Below, piece by piece: positions 49,701-63,940 of a stretch of DNA of 64,000 nucleotides (position 1 is its first letter; each line of letters begins with the position of its first letter). The translations under genes were made by a program, and so were the position numbers. The notes below the pieces were generated by a model. That model had not been told where the DNA came from and made no database searches. It saw only the letters and a program-made list of their open reading frames with translations. Origin of the DNA: Scenedesmus sp. PABB004 (Eukaryota); contig JABVCE010000026.1 in the NCBI GenBank assembly GCA_014905635.1, positions 124,001 to 188,000 of the forward strand, given 5' to 3'.

Positions 49701-52394
49701 CGGGGCAGCCCCCGCAGGGCGAGGTGCTGCTGGACGTCACGTTCAAGGCGTTCGAGGACGACGAGCAGGCGCGCAGGGCGCCGCCGCGCGCAGGGCGCCG
49801 CCGCGCGCAGGGCGCGGCGGCAGCGGCGGCGCGGCAGCAGCAGGGCGCGGCGGGCGCGCCGCCTGACGCGCCGCGCACCGCCTGGCGCGCCGCGCACCCC
49901 TGCCTGACAGGACTCTGGGTACCGCGAGGCGCAGGAGTATGCGCGCGCCGTGGCGGCGCAGAGCGAGGCGATCACCGACATCCGCAGTGCCGCGGCGGCG
50001 AGCAGCCGCGCCGCGGTCGCCGCGTCGGCGGCGATCAGCGCCATTGCCATGACCAAGGCGGCCGCGGCGCGCGCGGCGGCGCGCGCGGCGCAGGCCGCCA
50101 AGGACGCCGGCGCGGCGGCGCTCAGCACGGCGGCCGCGGTCGCGCAGCAGGGACAGCAGGCCGCGCAGGGGCAGGGGCAGCAGCAGCAGCAGCAGCAGCA
50201 GTCGCAGCAGCAGCAGCCGGAGGCCGGCGCCGACGAGCAGGCGGCGCCGCTGGCGCTGCCGCCGCCGGGCGGCTCGGCGGCATCGCAGGAGCTGCTCGCG
50301 CGCCGGCGCGCAGCCGAGGCGGCGGGCGGCAACGGCGCGGCCAAGCGCCGCGCGGCCGGCGGCGACCGCGACGGCGACGGCGGCGGCGGCGGGCCACCCG
50401 CGGGCGGCAACGGCGCCGCGCTGGCCTCGCTCGACGCGTCCGAAGCCGAGGCCGCCGCGGCGGTCAAGGCGCGTGAGGAGGCGCTGATTGAAGCGCTGGA
50501 GGCGCGCATGGCGTTCCGCGTGCGCAGCACCAGCGGCACGCCCAAGCCGCCGGCCCCGCCCGCGGCGCCCGGCGCCGCGCCCGACGAGGCCGCGCCGGCG
50601 CGCGGCGCCAGCCCCGAGCTCGGCGGCGCGGCGCCGGCGCTCGACGTGACCGCGACGCTGCCGGCGGACGGGCTGGAGAGCGACAGCAGCGGCGAGGAGG
50701 ACGACGGCCGCGCGGTCGAGCGCGCGCACCGGGCGGTGGCGGACATCCTCGAGAAGTGAGCTGAAGGGCGGCGGCCGGCGCGCGCACGGGGGAGCGAGGG
50801 GGCGGGCAGGCACACGTCGCGGGGCCGCTGCGCGCCGCGCCCGGCAGCGGCAGCAGGGGGCCGCGGCAGCTGGCTGAGCGCCGCCCGCGCCCGCAGGTCG
50901 AAGCGCATGGAGGCGGCCGTGGCGGAGCTCGCCGCGCTCACCGCCGGCAGCGCGACCGAGGCGGCGCTGCAGCAGGGCGCCGTCAAGGCCGCGCAGGACA
51001 CGGTCGCGGCGCTGTCGGCGCTGGCGCCCAAGGAGGCGGCCACGGTGTCGAGCGGCAGCGGCGGCGGCGGCGGCGGCACGGCCGTCAGGGCGGCGGCGGG
51101 CGCGGTCGGCACCGCGACCATCGCGCCGCCGCCCGCGCCGGGCGGCGGCCACGGTCACGGCGCCGGCAACGGCAGCAGCGGCAGCGGCAGCGGCAGCAGC
51201 TTTGCGAGCGGCTACAGCATATGGGGCGAGGAGCTGCTGCCCGGCGGCGGCGCCGACGCCAGCGAGCCCGGCGCCGGCGCGGGCGCGCCGCCCGAGCAGC
51301 ACGCGGCGGCGGCGGTGGCGGCGGCGCGCGAGGCGGCGGCGCTGCTGCAGCAGCTGCCGGCGGACGCGGGCGCGGCGCCAATGCCGGCCATCGTCGTGCG
51401 GGTGCGGGACGGCGAGCACGTGCTGTCCGAGGTCGTCGGCGGCGGGCACGGGCACGCGCGCGACACGGGCGTGCAGACGGACGGCGGCGGCCGCGCCGAC
51501 GCCGCGGTGCAGGCGGCGCTCACCGACGGGCGGCCCGCGGCGGCGGCCGAGGCCGCGGCCGCGGCCGCGGCGGCCGGCGAGGAGCGGCCGTGGTGGGCGC
51601 CGGTCGTGTTCTGGCTGCCCGGCCAGCGGCCCGGCGGCGCGCCGGCCGACGCGGCCGCGGGCGGCGCCGGCGCCGCCGGCGCGGGCGCGCGCGAGGCGGA
51701 GCCTGAGCCGGCGCCGCGCGAGGGCGAGGGCGCCGACGACGCCGCCGCCGCGTCGGCGGCGCGGCCGTGGTGGGCGCCGCTCGCCGACAGCGGCCTCGTG
51801 CGCGGCCTGCTGGGCGCCGCGCCGCGCGCCGGCGGCGCCGAGCCCGGCGCCGCCGCGCCCGGCGCGGCCGCGCCGAGCGGCGACGAGCCGGCCGCCGACG
51901 CCGCGCCGGCGGCGGCGCCGCCGCGGCGCGCGTGGTGGGAGGCGCTGCTGCCGCGGCGCGACGCGCCGCCGTCGGGCGACGACGACGACGCCGCTGCCGG
52001 CGCGGCGCCGGGGTCGGGGCCCGCCGGCGGCGGCGGCGCGCCGATGGGCGAGATCGTGATCCCCCCGGACCTGCCGCTCGAGGAGATTGCGCGCGAGGTG
52101 GCCAAGATCAAGGAGGACGCGTGGCGCAGCAAGGAGGAGCGGCTGGAGAACCTGTGGGCCAAGACGGTCGAGCGCAACGACCGCAGCTGGCTCATGCTCA
52201 TCGTGTTCCTCCTCGCCGTCGCGGTGGGGCTGCTCGCGGTCGTCGCGTACCGCATCGCCGCGATGCAGGGCGGCGGCGACGCGGACGCCGCCGCCGCGGG
52301 CGCCGCCGCCGCGACGGCGGGGCAGCTGCCGCTGATGCTGCTCGGCCTCGCGGCCGCGGCCGCGGCGGCGCTCACGGGCGGCGCGGAGCTGTGA
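46762..52394 (+). CDS. SMP + C2 domain lipid-transfer protein, plant NTMC2T5/tricalbin-like, 9 exons
   Basis: Transit-like N-terminus and a TM, then ESVEWVNMCFRKIWRVYQRGLESWITDLLQPVFD (SMP) and GELSVMLREGRDL...NPWVRLVLGEQ...PVWNQEVQFLV (C2). Long low-complexity region and C-terminal TM (WLMLIVFLLAVAVGLLAVVAY). Confidence 0.82.
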
Positions 52395-52800
52395 GCCCCT
52401 CCGCTCCGCGCGGGGCGCGCGCCTGGAAGGGGGGGGGCATTTGGTGGTGGTGGTGGTGTGCAGCAGCGCAGGCGCAGGCGCAGACGCAGCTGTGGGGGCA
52501 GCCAGGCCAGTTGGGGATTCCTTTCGTCCGGGCCGGGCCGCGCCACGGCGACTTTTTGGTGGGCTGCGGGGGCCCACGTACTAGGCGCCGCGTGTGGCGG
52601 CGTGCGCGCGAGCGTCGGGAGCGCCGGACGCGCAGGGCGCGCCTGCGCCTGCTGCAACGAGCGCTGCTGTGCGGCGCCGGCGCCGCCGCTGCGCGAGAGC
52701 GCAAGCGCTGCAGAGCCCGGCGACCGAGCGCGGTGCGTTCGCGCGGGGCGATCGCGGCCCGGCCGCTCCGGCGCTGCGATCGCGGTGCGATGGCTGGTGA

Positions 52801-55625
<2,825 letters not shown>

Positions 55626-55710
55626 GCGCGGCGCGCTGCGGCGCGGCATGGCGGTGTTCGTCCGCCCGGCGCTGCCCGGGCCTCTGTTGCGTTGGTCGCG
55701 GCGCGCGGCG

Positions 55711-55715
55711 TGTAA
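55711..55715 (+). terminator. Chlorophyte polyadenylation signal TGTAA (GAPA)
   Basis: TGTAA 86 nt after the stop codon. Confidence 0.6.
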
Positions 55716-56140
55716 CCCAGAGCGCCCTCCGGCGAGCGCGTGGCCCGGCGCGACAGCAGCGCGTCTCAGCAGGCGCCGCCGGCCGCGCCGCTGCCGGCAT
55801 GCTGCCGTGCCGCTGCCCGCACTCCGCGCTCAGCGGCAGATCGCGCGCGCCGCGCCGGCCGCGGGCTCGCGCGGTTGTTTTTAATCGAACGCGCGTGCGC
55901 GCGCGCTGTTTGGCGATGCCCACGGGCGCGGCCCGCGGGAGGCGGGCGCAGAACCCGCCCGCGGCCCGCGCGCGCGGCCTTCCCGCCGCTGTCCCGCCCG
56001 CCGGGGCACTTCCCCCCGCCCCGACACGCCCCGTGGGCGCCCGGCAGCGCCTCGCCGGCGCCTCGCCGGCCCCGGCCTGCGCCGGTCAATCGCGCGCCGC
56101 CGCGGCGGCCCGCCCGCGCCGCCAGCGCGCCGGCGCAGCC

Positions 56141-57248
56141 ATGTCGGGCATCCCCACGTCCGGCAACCCGCGCCGGGCGTTTCCCTGTACGAAGGCCGCG
56201 CGCACCGACGAGCGGGAGAACATCGACATGGGCACGCCCGGCTTTGGCGAGGACGTGCCCCGCGCGTCGCACACGACCCTGCACCCCGCCCTGCAGCCGC
56301 CCAGCGTCAACTCGGAGAACTGCATGGCCGCGCGCAACGCGCTCGCCTGCTGGCGCGAGGCGGCGACAGTCAAGGCGATGCGCGCCGTGCTGGCCGGCCC
56401 CGACGGCGCCCCGATGCTCGCGCGCCGCGGCCTGGCCGCCGCGCGCGTCGTGCCGCGGTGCGCGCGGCGCCGCTGCGACCGCTGCCGCGTGCCGCCGCTG
56501 ACCGCGCGCGCTGACCGCCGCTGGCCGCGCGCGCTGACCGCCGCGGCGCGCGCCGCCCGCGCGCAGGCGGTTCCCGTGGGAGGCGTACGACTTCTACGCC
56601 GCCCTCACGCGCGTCGCCGGCGGCCCCGAGCGCTGGGTCGGGTTCGCGTTCCAGCACGGCGTGCGGCACGTGCGCGGCAGCGCGCGCTACGAGCGCACCG
56701 GTTTCAGCCGCCAGCCCGCGGCCGAGGCGCCCGGCGGCGTCGCGTGGCTCTTCACCGGCCGCACCATGTTTGTGCTCGGCAACCGCGAGCTCGAGAGCCT
56801 GCTGCGGCCGCCGGGCGGCGCCGGCGCGGCGGCCGCGGGCGCGGCCGCCGCCGAGGGGGAGCAGGGCGCCGGCGCGGGCGAGGGCGGCGACGGCGCCGCC
56901 GCCGAGGAGGAGGGCGCCGGCGCCAGCGAGGACGGCGAGGAGGACGCCGGCGAGGGCGCGGCCGACCTGCTCGGGCTCCCGCTGTCGGAGATGGACGAAC
57001 TCGAGGCGCGCCGCGCGCCGCCCGCGAGATACGACGTGCGCAGCCTGCTCGGCGACGCCTGGCGCGAGCGCGCGCTCAACAGTGTCGCGGCCGCGGTCGA
57101 CGAGACACTGCGCCTCGCAGCGGCCGGCGAGGTGCGCGCGCGCAGGGCGCCGCGCGCCGCCCGCCGCGCGCCGCCCACGCAGGTGGCGACGCTGCCGACG
57201 CGCGCCGGCACGAGCCTGCCGCACCCGCATGCGGTGCGCACCGCGTGA
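56141..57248 (+). CDS. Hypothetical protein, 2-3 exons
   Basis: ATG in GCCATG context. Intron 56458-56566 joins ...[43 protein letters not shown]..., followed by an acidic linker. Possible in-frame intron at 57132-57182. Confidence 0.6.
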
Positions 57249-57858
57249 CGCGCCGCGCATGCGCGGCGTCGAGGCGCGGTGCGGGCGTGAGGCGCATGCC
57301 GCGCAGCACGCGCAGCGGCCTGCCGCGCCGGCGAGGTCGTAGACGTGGCGCACAATGCCCTGCGCTTGGTCTTTGACCTCGCTGGCGGCAGGTCGCTGCG
57401 CGTGCGCGTGCTGCGCGTCGCCCACTCACCTCGCCTGATGTCGACGAGGGCTCGCGGGTTGCTCAGCGAGCCGTCGTCGACCTCGCGCGAGGCGAGGCGG
57501 GCACGCGCAGAAGTCGTGCGAGTCCCACGTCGTGGGACTTCTATCTCGCCTGCACCCCCGGCGGCGCCGAGCGCTGGCCTGGCCCGTGTGCCACCAGCAC
57601 TGGCGTGCAGCGGCACCAGCAGCGCACCTGGCGCACGTCGCGCACGCCCGAGCGCGACGTGACGGGCGTGCGTCAGGGCGTCGGGGGCGCGCGCGCGCCG
57701 GCCTGGCGAGTCGCAGGGGCGCCAGGATTCGCGCTTCAGCGCTGCCGCTGCCGCGCCGCCACACGGCAACAACAGGCCCTCGCAGGCCGCTCGCGCGTCA
57801 GCACCACCGCCAGAGCCGCACACACGCCGCGGCGCGGCGCCCCAGCCTGCGTGAAGCC

Positions 57859-59203
57859 ATGCTGCTGCGCCGCCCCGCTGCCGCTGCTGCCGCGGCACCG
57901 CAGGTGCGGCGAGCTCCCACGGCCCTGCGGCCGCCGGCCTCGCGCCAGCCGGCCGCCGTGGCACCAGCGCGACCGCCGCCGCCGCCGCCGCCGCCGTGCC
58001 CCGCCCGCCCCGCAGCGGCCGGCGCGCCGCGGCGCCGCGCTCGCTGCTCCCGCGCCCGCCGGCCCCCGCCCCCGCGCGGGCGTGGTGGCGCGCGCCAACC
58101 CGTTCGAGGACGCCCTCAACAGGTGCCCTGCGCGCGCCCCGCCCGCCCACGCGCCGCCCGTGCCCCGCTCACGCCCGCGCGCCGCCCACCCACACCCGCG
58201 CGCCCACGCGGCGCAGCCTCACCGTCGCGCTGAAGAACAGCCCCGTCAACGCGGGCAAGAAGGCGCTCGCGCGCGCGCAGGCGGGCGACTACGACGGCGC
58301 CGCGGTGCGGGCCAGGATCGAAGGCCTCATCCGGGACAACCAGGCGCGCCCACGCCCAGCCTGGGACGCCGTCCCACCACGCGCTGCGCGGCGCGGCCCT
58401 GCTCTGCCGCCGCGGGGGGGGGGGGGGGGGGGCGTCGCTGGCGCCCCGCGCTGCGCCGCCGCGCGCGCGCCCGCGGCGGCGCCGGCCCCCAGCACCCGGC
58501 GCCGCCGGCGCCGCCGCAGGTGCTGGTGTTCAGCTGGTCGGGCTGCCCTTTCTGCAAGAAGGCCAAGGCCCTGCTGGCCGACGTCGGCGCGCAGGTGCGC
58601 CGACGCGGCGCTGGGGCGGGGGCTGCCCGCGCTGCCCCCGCCCGCCCGCCCGCGCCGGCGGCTGGCGGCGGGGCCGGCGAGCGGAGCGGAGCGACGGCGC
58701 GGCGCGTGCCCCGCCCTGTCGCGCCTGCCTGCCGCTGTCACAGTTCACCGCGCTCGAGCTCGACACCATGGGCGCCGAGGGCAAGGCCATCCGCGCGGAG
58801 CTGGCCGAGGTGGGGGCGCGCGGCGCGGCGCGGCCGGCCCAGCCAGCGGCGCGGCCGGGCCGGCGCACGCGCAGCCCGCGCCCGCACGCACGCCGGGCCG
58901 CGCCGTGCCGCGCCGCGCCGCGTGTCTCGCAGATGACCGACCGCACGAGCGTGCCCAACATCTGGATCGCCGGGCGCAACGTGGGCGGCTGCAACGACGG
59001 TGCGCGGCCCGCCGGGCGGCCGGCCGCCCGGCGGGGCGCGCGCGGGCCGGCGCGGCGGGCGCGGGCGCGGGCCGGCCTGCAGCTGCCTCGTGACGCCCCC
59101 TTGCCGTGCCGCTCCCCCTGCTGCAGGCCCCGGGGTGATGACGCTTCACTCCAAGGGCGAGCTGCTGCCGCTGCTCAAGGCCGCCGGCGCGCTGGCGGCC
59201 TGA
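57859..59203 (+). CDS. Plastid-targeted class I (CPFC) glutaredoxin, 7 exons
   Basis: Transit peptide, VLVFSWSGCPFCKKAKALL, TSVPNIWIAG, VGGCND. GC donor at 58344. Confidence 0.9.
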
Positions 59204-59441
59204 GCGGCGCGAGGGGGCGCGAGCGGGCGCGGGCGGGCGCGAGCGGGCGGTGGCGAGGCGCGGCGGCGTTCCGTTCACGGGGGAACGCCGGCCGCAGAGC
59301 ACGCTCGGGCGCGCGTCACCCCGAGATCCGAGAGCAGTTGGGCACCGTTTGGCAGGGTTTGTGGGGAAATTGGATGCAGTGCGTTGGCGTTCACGAGCCG
59401 AGATGTGTGCACGTGGAAGCAGCGAGGCCCAGCAAACTTGG

Positions 59442-59446
59442 TGTAA
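59442..59446 (+). terminator. Polyadenylation signal TGTAA (glutaredoxin)
   Basis: TGTAA ~240 nt after the stop, in an AT-richer 3' flank. Confidence 0.5.
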
Positions 59447-59614
59447 TCGCGCCCTCCTCCCCATCTTCCCCGCCGGCAGTGCGTGCATGCTGGAGGTCGA
59501 TGCGCGATGCACAGTGCCCGCGCCGCCGCCGCCAGCGGTTCGAGACCCCCTCCCTCCCTCCCCCCCCCCTCCCCGCCCGGTTGGGTCGCAGCGCTTGAGT
59601 TCACTGCCCGTCGC

Positions 59615-62600
59615 TCACGCCTTGGCATCCACGGCGCCCTTGGCGTCCGCGGCGTCGGCGTCGCGGGGCGCCTTGGCGTCATCGTCGTCCGGGCGCGCCG
59701 CCGGCGCGCGCGCGGCCGCGGCCCCGCCGCCAGGCGGCGACGGCGGCGGCGGCGGCGGCCCGCCCGCCGGCGCGGCGCGACCGAGCGCGGCGGTGCGCGC
59801 CGCGGCGCTCGCGCGCGCCGCCGCGAGCGCGTGCGCCGCCGCCTTGCTCGCGCCGCCCTTGCGGCGCGGCGCGCCGGGCGCACGCCGGCGGCGGCCGCCG
59901 CCGGCGGGCGTGTCGGTGGGGAAGCCGTCGCGGCTCTCGGCGGGGCCCTTGGGCCGCCGCGCCGCGGCTGCGCGCGCGGCCGCGACGCGCGCGAGCAGCT
60001 CGCGCAGCAGGCCCAGCACGGTCCAGCCCGCCCACGCGACAAAGACCAGGTGCGCCGCGAGCACGAGCCCGCCCACGGCCACGCGGTACGCGCTGGCGCC
60101 GGCGCCGCCGCCGGGCGCGGCGTCGCCGGCCGCGCCGGGCGCCACAAAGGTGAGCCCCGCGTACGCGGTGACGCTGAGGCAGGCGAGCGCGCCGAGCGCG
60201 AGCCGCTGCAGCCGCGCCGCGCGGTACGGGCGCGCGAGGATGTGGGCGGCGAGCATCGCGGACAGCAGGAAACTCAGCAGCAGGCCCGCGTGCCAGGGGC
60301 CGAGGTTGGGCCCGAAGACCTGCACCAGCACGAGCGCCACGAGCTGCGCCGCGACGACCGCGTCCCACGCCGCCCAGCGCGGGCGGTAGAGGCGCAGCAG
60401 CACGCCGCCCGCGCCCGCCGGCGCGCCGCCGCCGCCGCCGCCGTCGCGCGCCGCCGCCGCGGCGGCACGGCGCGCGCGCAGCGCCGCGGCTGCGACGCAT
60501 GCCGGCACGCCGACGCAGACGAGCAGCGCGAGCGGCAGGCCCAGCCCGAGCGCCCAGCGCAGGTGCCAGCCCGCCCAGCAGGCTTGGGCCACGTCGGGCG
60601 ACCAGTACCCGCCGGCCGCGTCCGCGGTCGCGTAGCTCGCGTACGGCCCCCGCCCCGGCACGTCGAGGCGCACGCAGCCAAACCAGGCGAGCGAGAGGCG
60701 CACCAGGCTGGGATAGAAAAACGCACCAGTCACGAGCGCCGCGAGCGGCGCGCGCGCCGCGACGCCCGCGGCGACGCCCGGCGCGCCGGCGGGCGCGCGG
60801 CGGCGCCGCGCGGCGCGCGCGACGCGCGCGCCGGCCAGCGCGGCGGCGTCGAGCGCGAGCACCGCGGCGAGCGCGGCCGGTGGCGCGGCGAGGTAGGCGA
60901 GCTCCCGCGCGACCGCGCGCGGCACGGCGAGCGGCGCGCCCGCGGCGAGGCAGTCGAGGCTGAGCAGGCTGGAGCTGCCGGCGGAGAAGAGCCAGGCCAG
61001 CGCGGAGAGCGGGGCGTGCAGCGGGGAGGGCCAGTCGATGGGCATCGCGCCGAGGATGACGAGGCACTGCACATACACCAGGAGGACCTTCAGCACGTCG
61101 GACGCGCGCGGCTCGCGCCGCGACGCGCGGCGCGCCGCCCCGCCGGCGCCGGCGCCGGCGCCGGCGCCGGCGGCGGGCGCCGCGGCGTCGAGCCACGCGA
61201 CGTGCGCCGCGAGCGCGATGAGCGCCGTCAGCGCGGCAAAGGCGAGCGCGTAGAGCGCGGCCGACGCGCCCGCGCCGAGGCAGCGGCCGCAGCGGAACGG
61301 CGCGCGCAGGCCCCAGCCCGGCGCGCAGCCGCCGCACACGCGGCCGACGTAGCCCTCGCCGCACTGCCAGTCCATGGTGGCGCCGCCGCCGAGCGCCGCG
61401 GCGGCGCCGGCGTCCAGCAGCTGCGCCTGCTGCTGCTGCGGGACCTCCGGCGGCGGCGCCGCCGCCGCCGCGGCCGCCAGCCGCCGCAGCAGCCGCCGCG
61501 CCGGCGCGCGCGCCGGCGGCGCTGCCGCAAGCAGCGCGCGCGCCTTGCCGGCCGCGTCGCTGGCGAGCAGCTCGCTGACGACGCCGCCGCCACCGCCGCC
61601 GGCGGCCCGCGCCGCCGGCGCGCCGGCCCAGCCCGCGTCGAGCGGGCGTGGCGCGGCGCCGGCGCGGCCGCCGCCCGCCTGGCTGCACGCGGCGGGGTTG
61701 GGGCAGCGGTGGATCTGCACGCTCCGGGGGGTGCTGTGCCAGAAGCCCGGCCGCGGCACGACGCTCGCGCCGCCGGCGCACGTCGCGGCGGGCGGGCAGA
61801 TGTCGCAGGAGGCGTTGCCCGGGTTGAAGCTGTAGAGGCTGGCCCCGCACGCCTGGCACCACGCGCCCGCGCGCACCTCGCCCGGCGCGCACTCGGAGAG
61901 GAGCGAGAGGTCGGGGCCGAACGACGCGGCGTTGCCGCGCGCGGCGGCGCGCGCGCGCCCCGCGTCGAGCGACACGGCGGCCGAGTCGAGGTAGATCCCG
62001 CCGCCGGCGACGAGGGCGGTGTTGTTGGTGATCGCCGCGCCGGGCGACAGCTCGAGCGTCGCGTTGCACGACGGGCAGCCCTGGCTGATCGCGACGCCGC
62101 CGCCCTGGGCCGCCGCGTTGCGCGTGACGCGCACGCCGCCGCCCAGCACGGTCACGCCCGACGCGAGCGAGAGCCCGCCGCCGGTCGAGGCCGCGTTGTC
62201 GGCCACGAGGCAGGCGCCCGCCAGCTCCAGCCGGAAGCCGCGCCCCGCCGCGCCGCTCGACGCGGCCGCCAGCAGCCCGCCGCCCTGCGCCGCCCTGCGC
62301 GCGGCGGCGGCGCGCGGCGGCGGCGGCGGCGGCGCGCGCGCGCGTCTGCAGCCCGCGCCCGCGTCTGCAGCCCGCGCCCGCGCCCTGCGGCACACCGCGG
62401 CAGACCGCGCCCCGCGGCGCCCCCCCCCCCCCCCCCCCGCCGCCGCGCCGGCGCACCGGTTGCGCGTGATGTTTACGTCGCGCAGCGTCGCGTTGAAGCC
62501 GCCCTCCATGTAGAGCCCGCCGCCGCCGCCGAGCACCTCGTGCCCCGTCAGGCTCACGCCCGCCAGCAGGGCGTCCATGTCGCCGACGAGCGCGAGCCCG

Positions 62601-63940
62601 CCGCCCGAGCCCGCCGCGTTGCGCGCGAGCGCCGCGCCGCGCAAGTCGAGGGCGGCGCGCTGGCGCGCGTTGACGGCGCCGCCCTGCGAGTTGACGCCGA
62701 CCGCGGCGTTGTCCTCGAGCGCCACGGCGCCGTGCAGGGTCAGCGCCGCGTCGTTGGACGCGTAGATCGCGCCGCCCTGCGCGACGTCGCCGGTCGCGGT
62801 GTTGCCGGCAAAGCGCGCGCCGTGCGTCGCGAGCAGCGTCGCGGCGTCGCGCAGCAGCACCGCGCCGCCGCCGCAGTTGTCGCCCGCGACGGCGTTGCGC
62901 ACGAACGACACGCGCCGCGCGAGGCGCAGCGACGCGCCGTCCGCGGCCGCGACCGCGCCGCCCGCGGCGTTGTCGCCCACTACGGAGTTGTTCACAAACT
63001 CCACGCCGTCGGTGAGCGCCGCGCTGCAGGCGTCCTGCAGGTACAGCGCGCCGCCGGCGGCGTCGTAGCCCTCGACGCGGCCGCCGGCAAACGTGACGCG
63101 CCGCGCCGCGACGAGCCGGGCGCCGTCGCGGCAGTACACCGCCGCGCCGGCGGGGCTGTCGTCCCAGGACGACGCGGCGTTGGCCTCGAAGCGCGAGCCG
63201 TCGAGGGCGTACAGGGCGGCGCTGTCGCGCAGGCTGACGGCGCCGCCGTAGTCGGCGGTGTTGCGCGCCCACAGCGCGCCGACGCTCGCGAGCACGCCGC
63301 CGCCGCGCACGTGCGCGCCGCCGCCGCGCGTGCCGGCGCTGCCCGTCACGGCGCCGCCGAGCAGCGCGAGGCGGCCGCGCTCGCACACGTGCAGCGTGCC
63401 GTTGGCGGCGGCGTTGCGGGCAAACGCGCCGCCGCGCGCCGTCACGCGCGCCTCGCCCGACACGCACAGCACGCCCCTCGCGCCGGGCGTGAAGACGTCG
63501 GCGACGCGCGGGCCGAGGAGCGTCACGTCGCTCGCGCCGCAAAAGGTGAGCAGGCACTCGAGCCGCCCGCAGCCGCCCGGGTGCCACGCGACGCCGGTGA
63601 AGTTGGCGGCAAACGGCGCGAGGCGGCGCCCGACCGCGACCGCGAGCCGCCCCGCGGCGGCGCCGGTGCAGGCGACCGCCGCCGCCGCGATGCCGCGGTC
63701 GTCGGGGCCGCGGCCGCGGATGTCGACGGTGCACGCCGCGCCGGTGCCGCTCGCGGCCGCCCACTCGCGGGGGTCGGGCGGCGCCGCGGGGTCGCGTGGC
63801 GCCGGCGCGTCCGGCGCGTCCTCCGGCTCACTCGCCGCGGCCGCGCCGCAGGCCGCCGCCAGCAGCAGCGCCAGCGCGCAGCAGCAGGCCAGCCGCCGCC
63901 GCCGCCGCCGCCGCCGCCGTGTGGGCGCGGCGCGGGCCAT
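59615..63940 (-). CDS. Large surface protein: signal peptide, Pmp-like GGA/FxxN beta-helix repeats, Cys-rich (CxxC) segment and multi-pass TM domain; one in-frame intron 62295-62456
   Basis: Repeats FARN, WARN...YGGAV, FEAN, FVNN...AGGAV, FVRN...GGGAV, FAGN...QGGAIY. Then CQAC, CDICP and CGEGYVGRVCGGCAPGW, followed by about 7 or more hydrophobic segments (KVLLVYVQ..., RPY motif). Confidence 0.8.
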   Translation of the reverse strand: MARAAPTRRRRRRRRRLACCCALALLLAAACGAAAASEPEDAPDAPAPRDPAAPPDPREWAAASGTGAACTVDIRGRGPDDRGIAAAAVACTGAAAGRLAVAVGRRLAPFAANFTGVAWHPGGCGRLECLLTFCGASDVTLLGPRVADVFTPGARGVLCVSGEARVTARGGAFARNAAANGTLHVCERGRLALLGGAVTGSAGTRGGGAHVRGGGVLASVGALWARNTADYGGAVSLRDSAALYALDGSRFEANAASSWDDSPAGAAVYCRDGARLVAARRVTFAGGRVEGYDAAGGALYLQDACSAALTDGVEFVNNSVVGDNAAGGAVAAADGASLRLARRVSFVRNAVAGDNCGGGAVLLRDAATLLATHGARFAGNTATGDVAQGGAIYASNDAALTLHGAVALEDNAAVGVNSQGGAVNARQRAALDLRGAALARNAAGSGGGLALVGDMDALLAGVSLTGHEVLGGGGGLYMEGGFNATLRDVNITRNRCAGAAAGGGGGGRRGARSAAVCRRARARAADAGAGCRRARAPPPPPPRAAAARRAAQGGGLLAAASSGAAGRGFRLELAGACLVADNAASTGGGLSLASGVTVLGGGVRVTRNAAAQGGGVAISQGCPSCNATLELSPGAAITNNTALVAGGGIYLDSAAVSLDAGRARAAARGNAASFGPDLSLLSECAPGEVRAGAWCQACGASLYSFNPGNASCDICPPAATCAGGASVVPRPGFWHSTPRSVQIHRCPNPAACSQAGGGRAGAAPRPLDAGWAGAPAARAAGGGGGGVVSELLASDAAGKARALLAAAPPARAPARRLLRRLAAAAAAAPPPEVPQQQQAQLLDAGAAAALGGGATMDWQCGEGYVGRVCGGCAPGWGLRAPFRCGRCLGAGASAALYALAFAALTALIALAAHVAWLDAAAPAAGAGAGAGAGGAARRASRREPRASDVLKVLLVYVQCLVILGAMPIDWPSPLHAPLSALAWLFSAGSSSLLSLDCLAAGAPLAVPRAVARELAYLAAPPAALAAVLALDAAALAGARVARAARRRRAPAGAPGVAAGVAARAPLAALVTGAFFYPSLVRLSLAWFGCVRLDVPGRGPYASYATADAAGGYWSPDVAQACWAGWHLRWALGLGLPLALLVCVGVPACVAAAALRARRAAAAAARDGGGGGGAPAGAGGVLLRLYRPRWAAWDAVVAAQLVALVLVQVFGPNLGPWHAGLLLSFLLSAMLAAHILARPYRAARLQRLALGALACLSVTAYAGLTFVAPGAAGDAAPGGGAGASAYRVAVGGLVLAAHLVFVAWAGWTVLGLLRELLARVAAARAAAARRPKGPAESRDGFPTDTPAGGGRRRRAPGAPRRKGGASKAAAHALAAARASAAARTAALGRAAPAGGPPPPPPSPPGGGAAAARAPAARPDDDDAKAPRDADAADAKGAVDAKA

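Noticed and set aside
57290..57560. Coding-like minus-strand fragments ([36 protein letters not shown]) around a GTGAGT...CAG mini-intron
   Set aside because: Exon phases do not match and there is no start or recognisable family. At most a decayed fragment.
59536..59548. GGTTCGAGACC B-box/tRNA T-loop-like motif
   Set aside because: No cloverleaf, acceptor stem or A-box around it.
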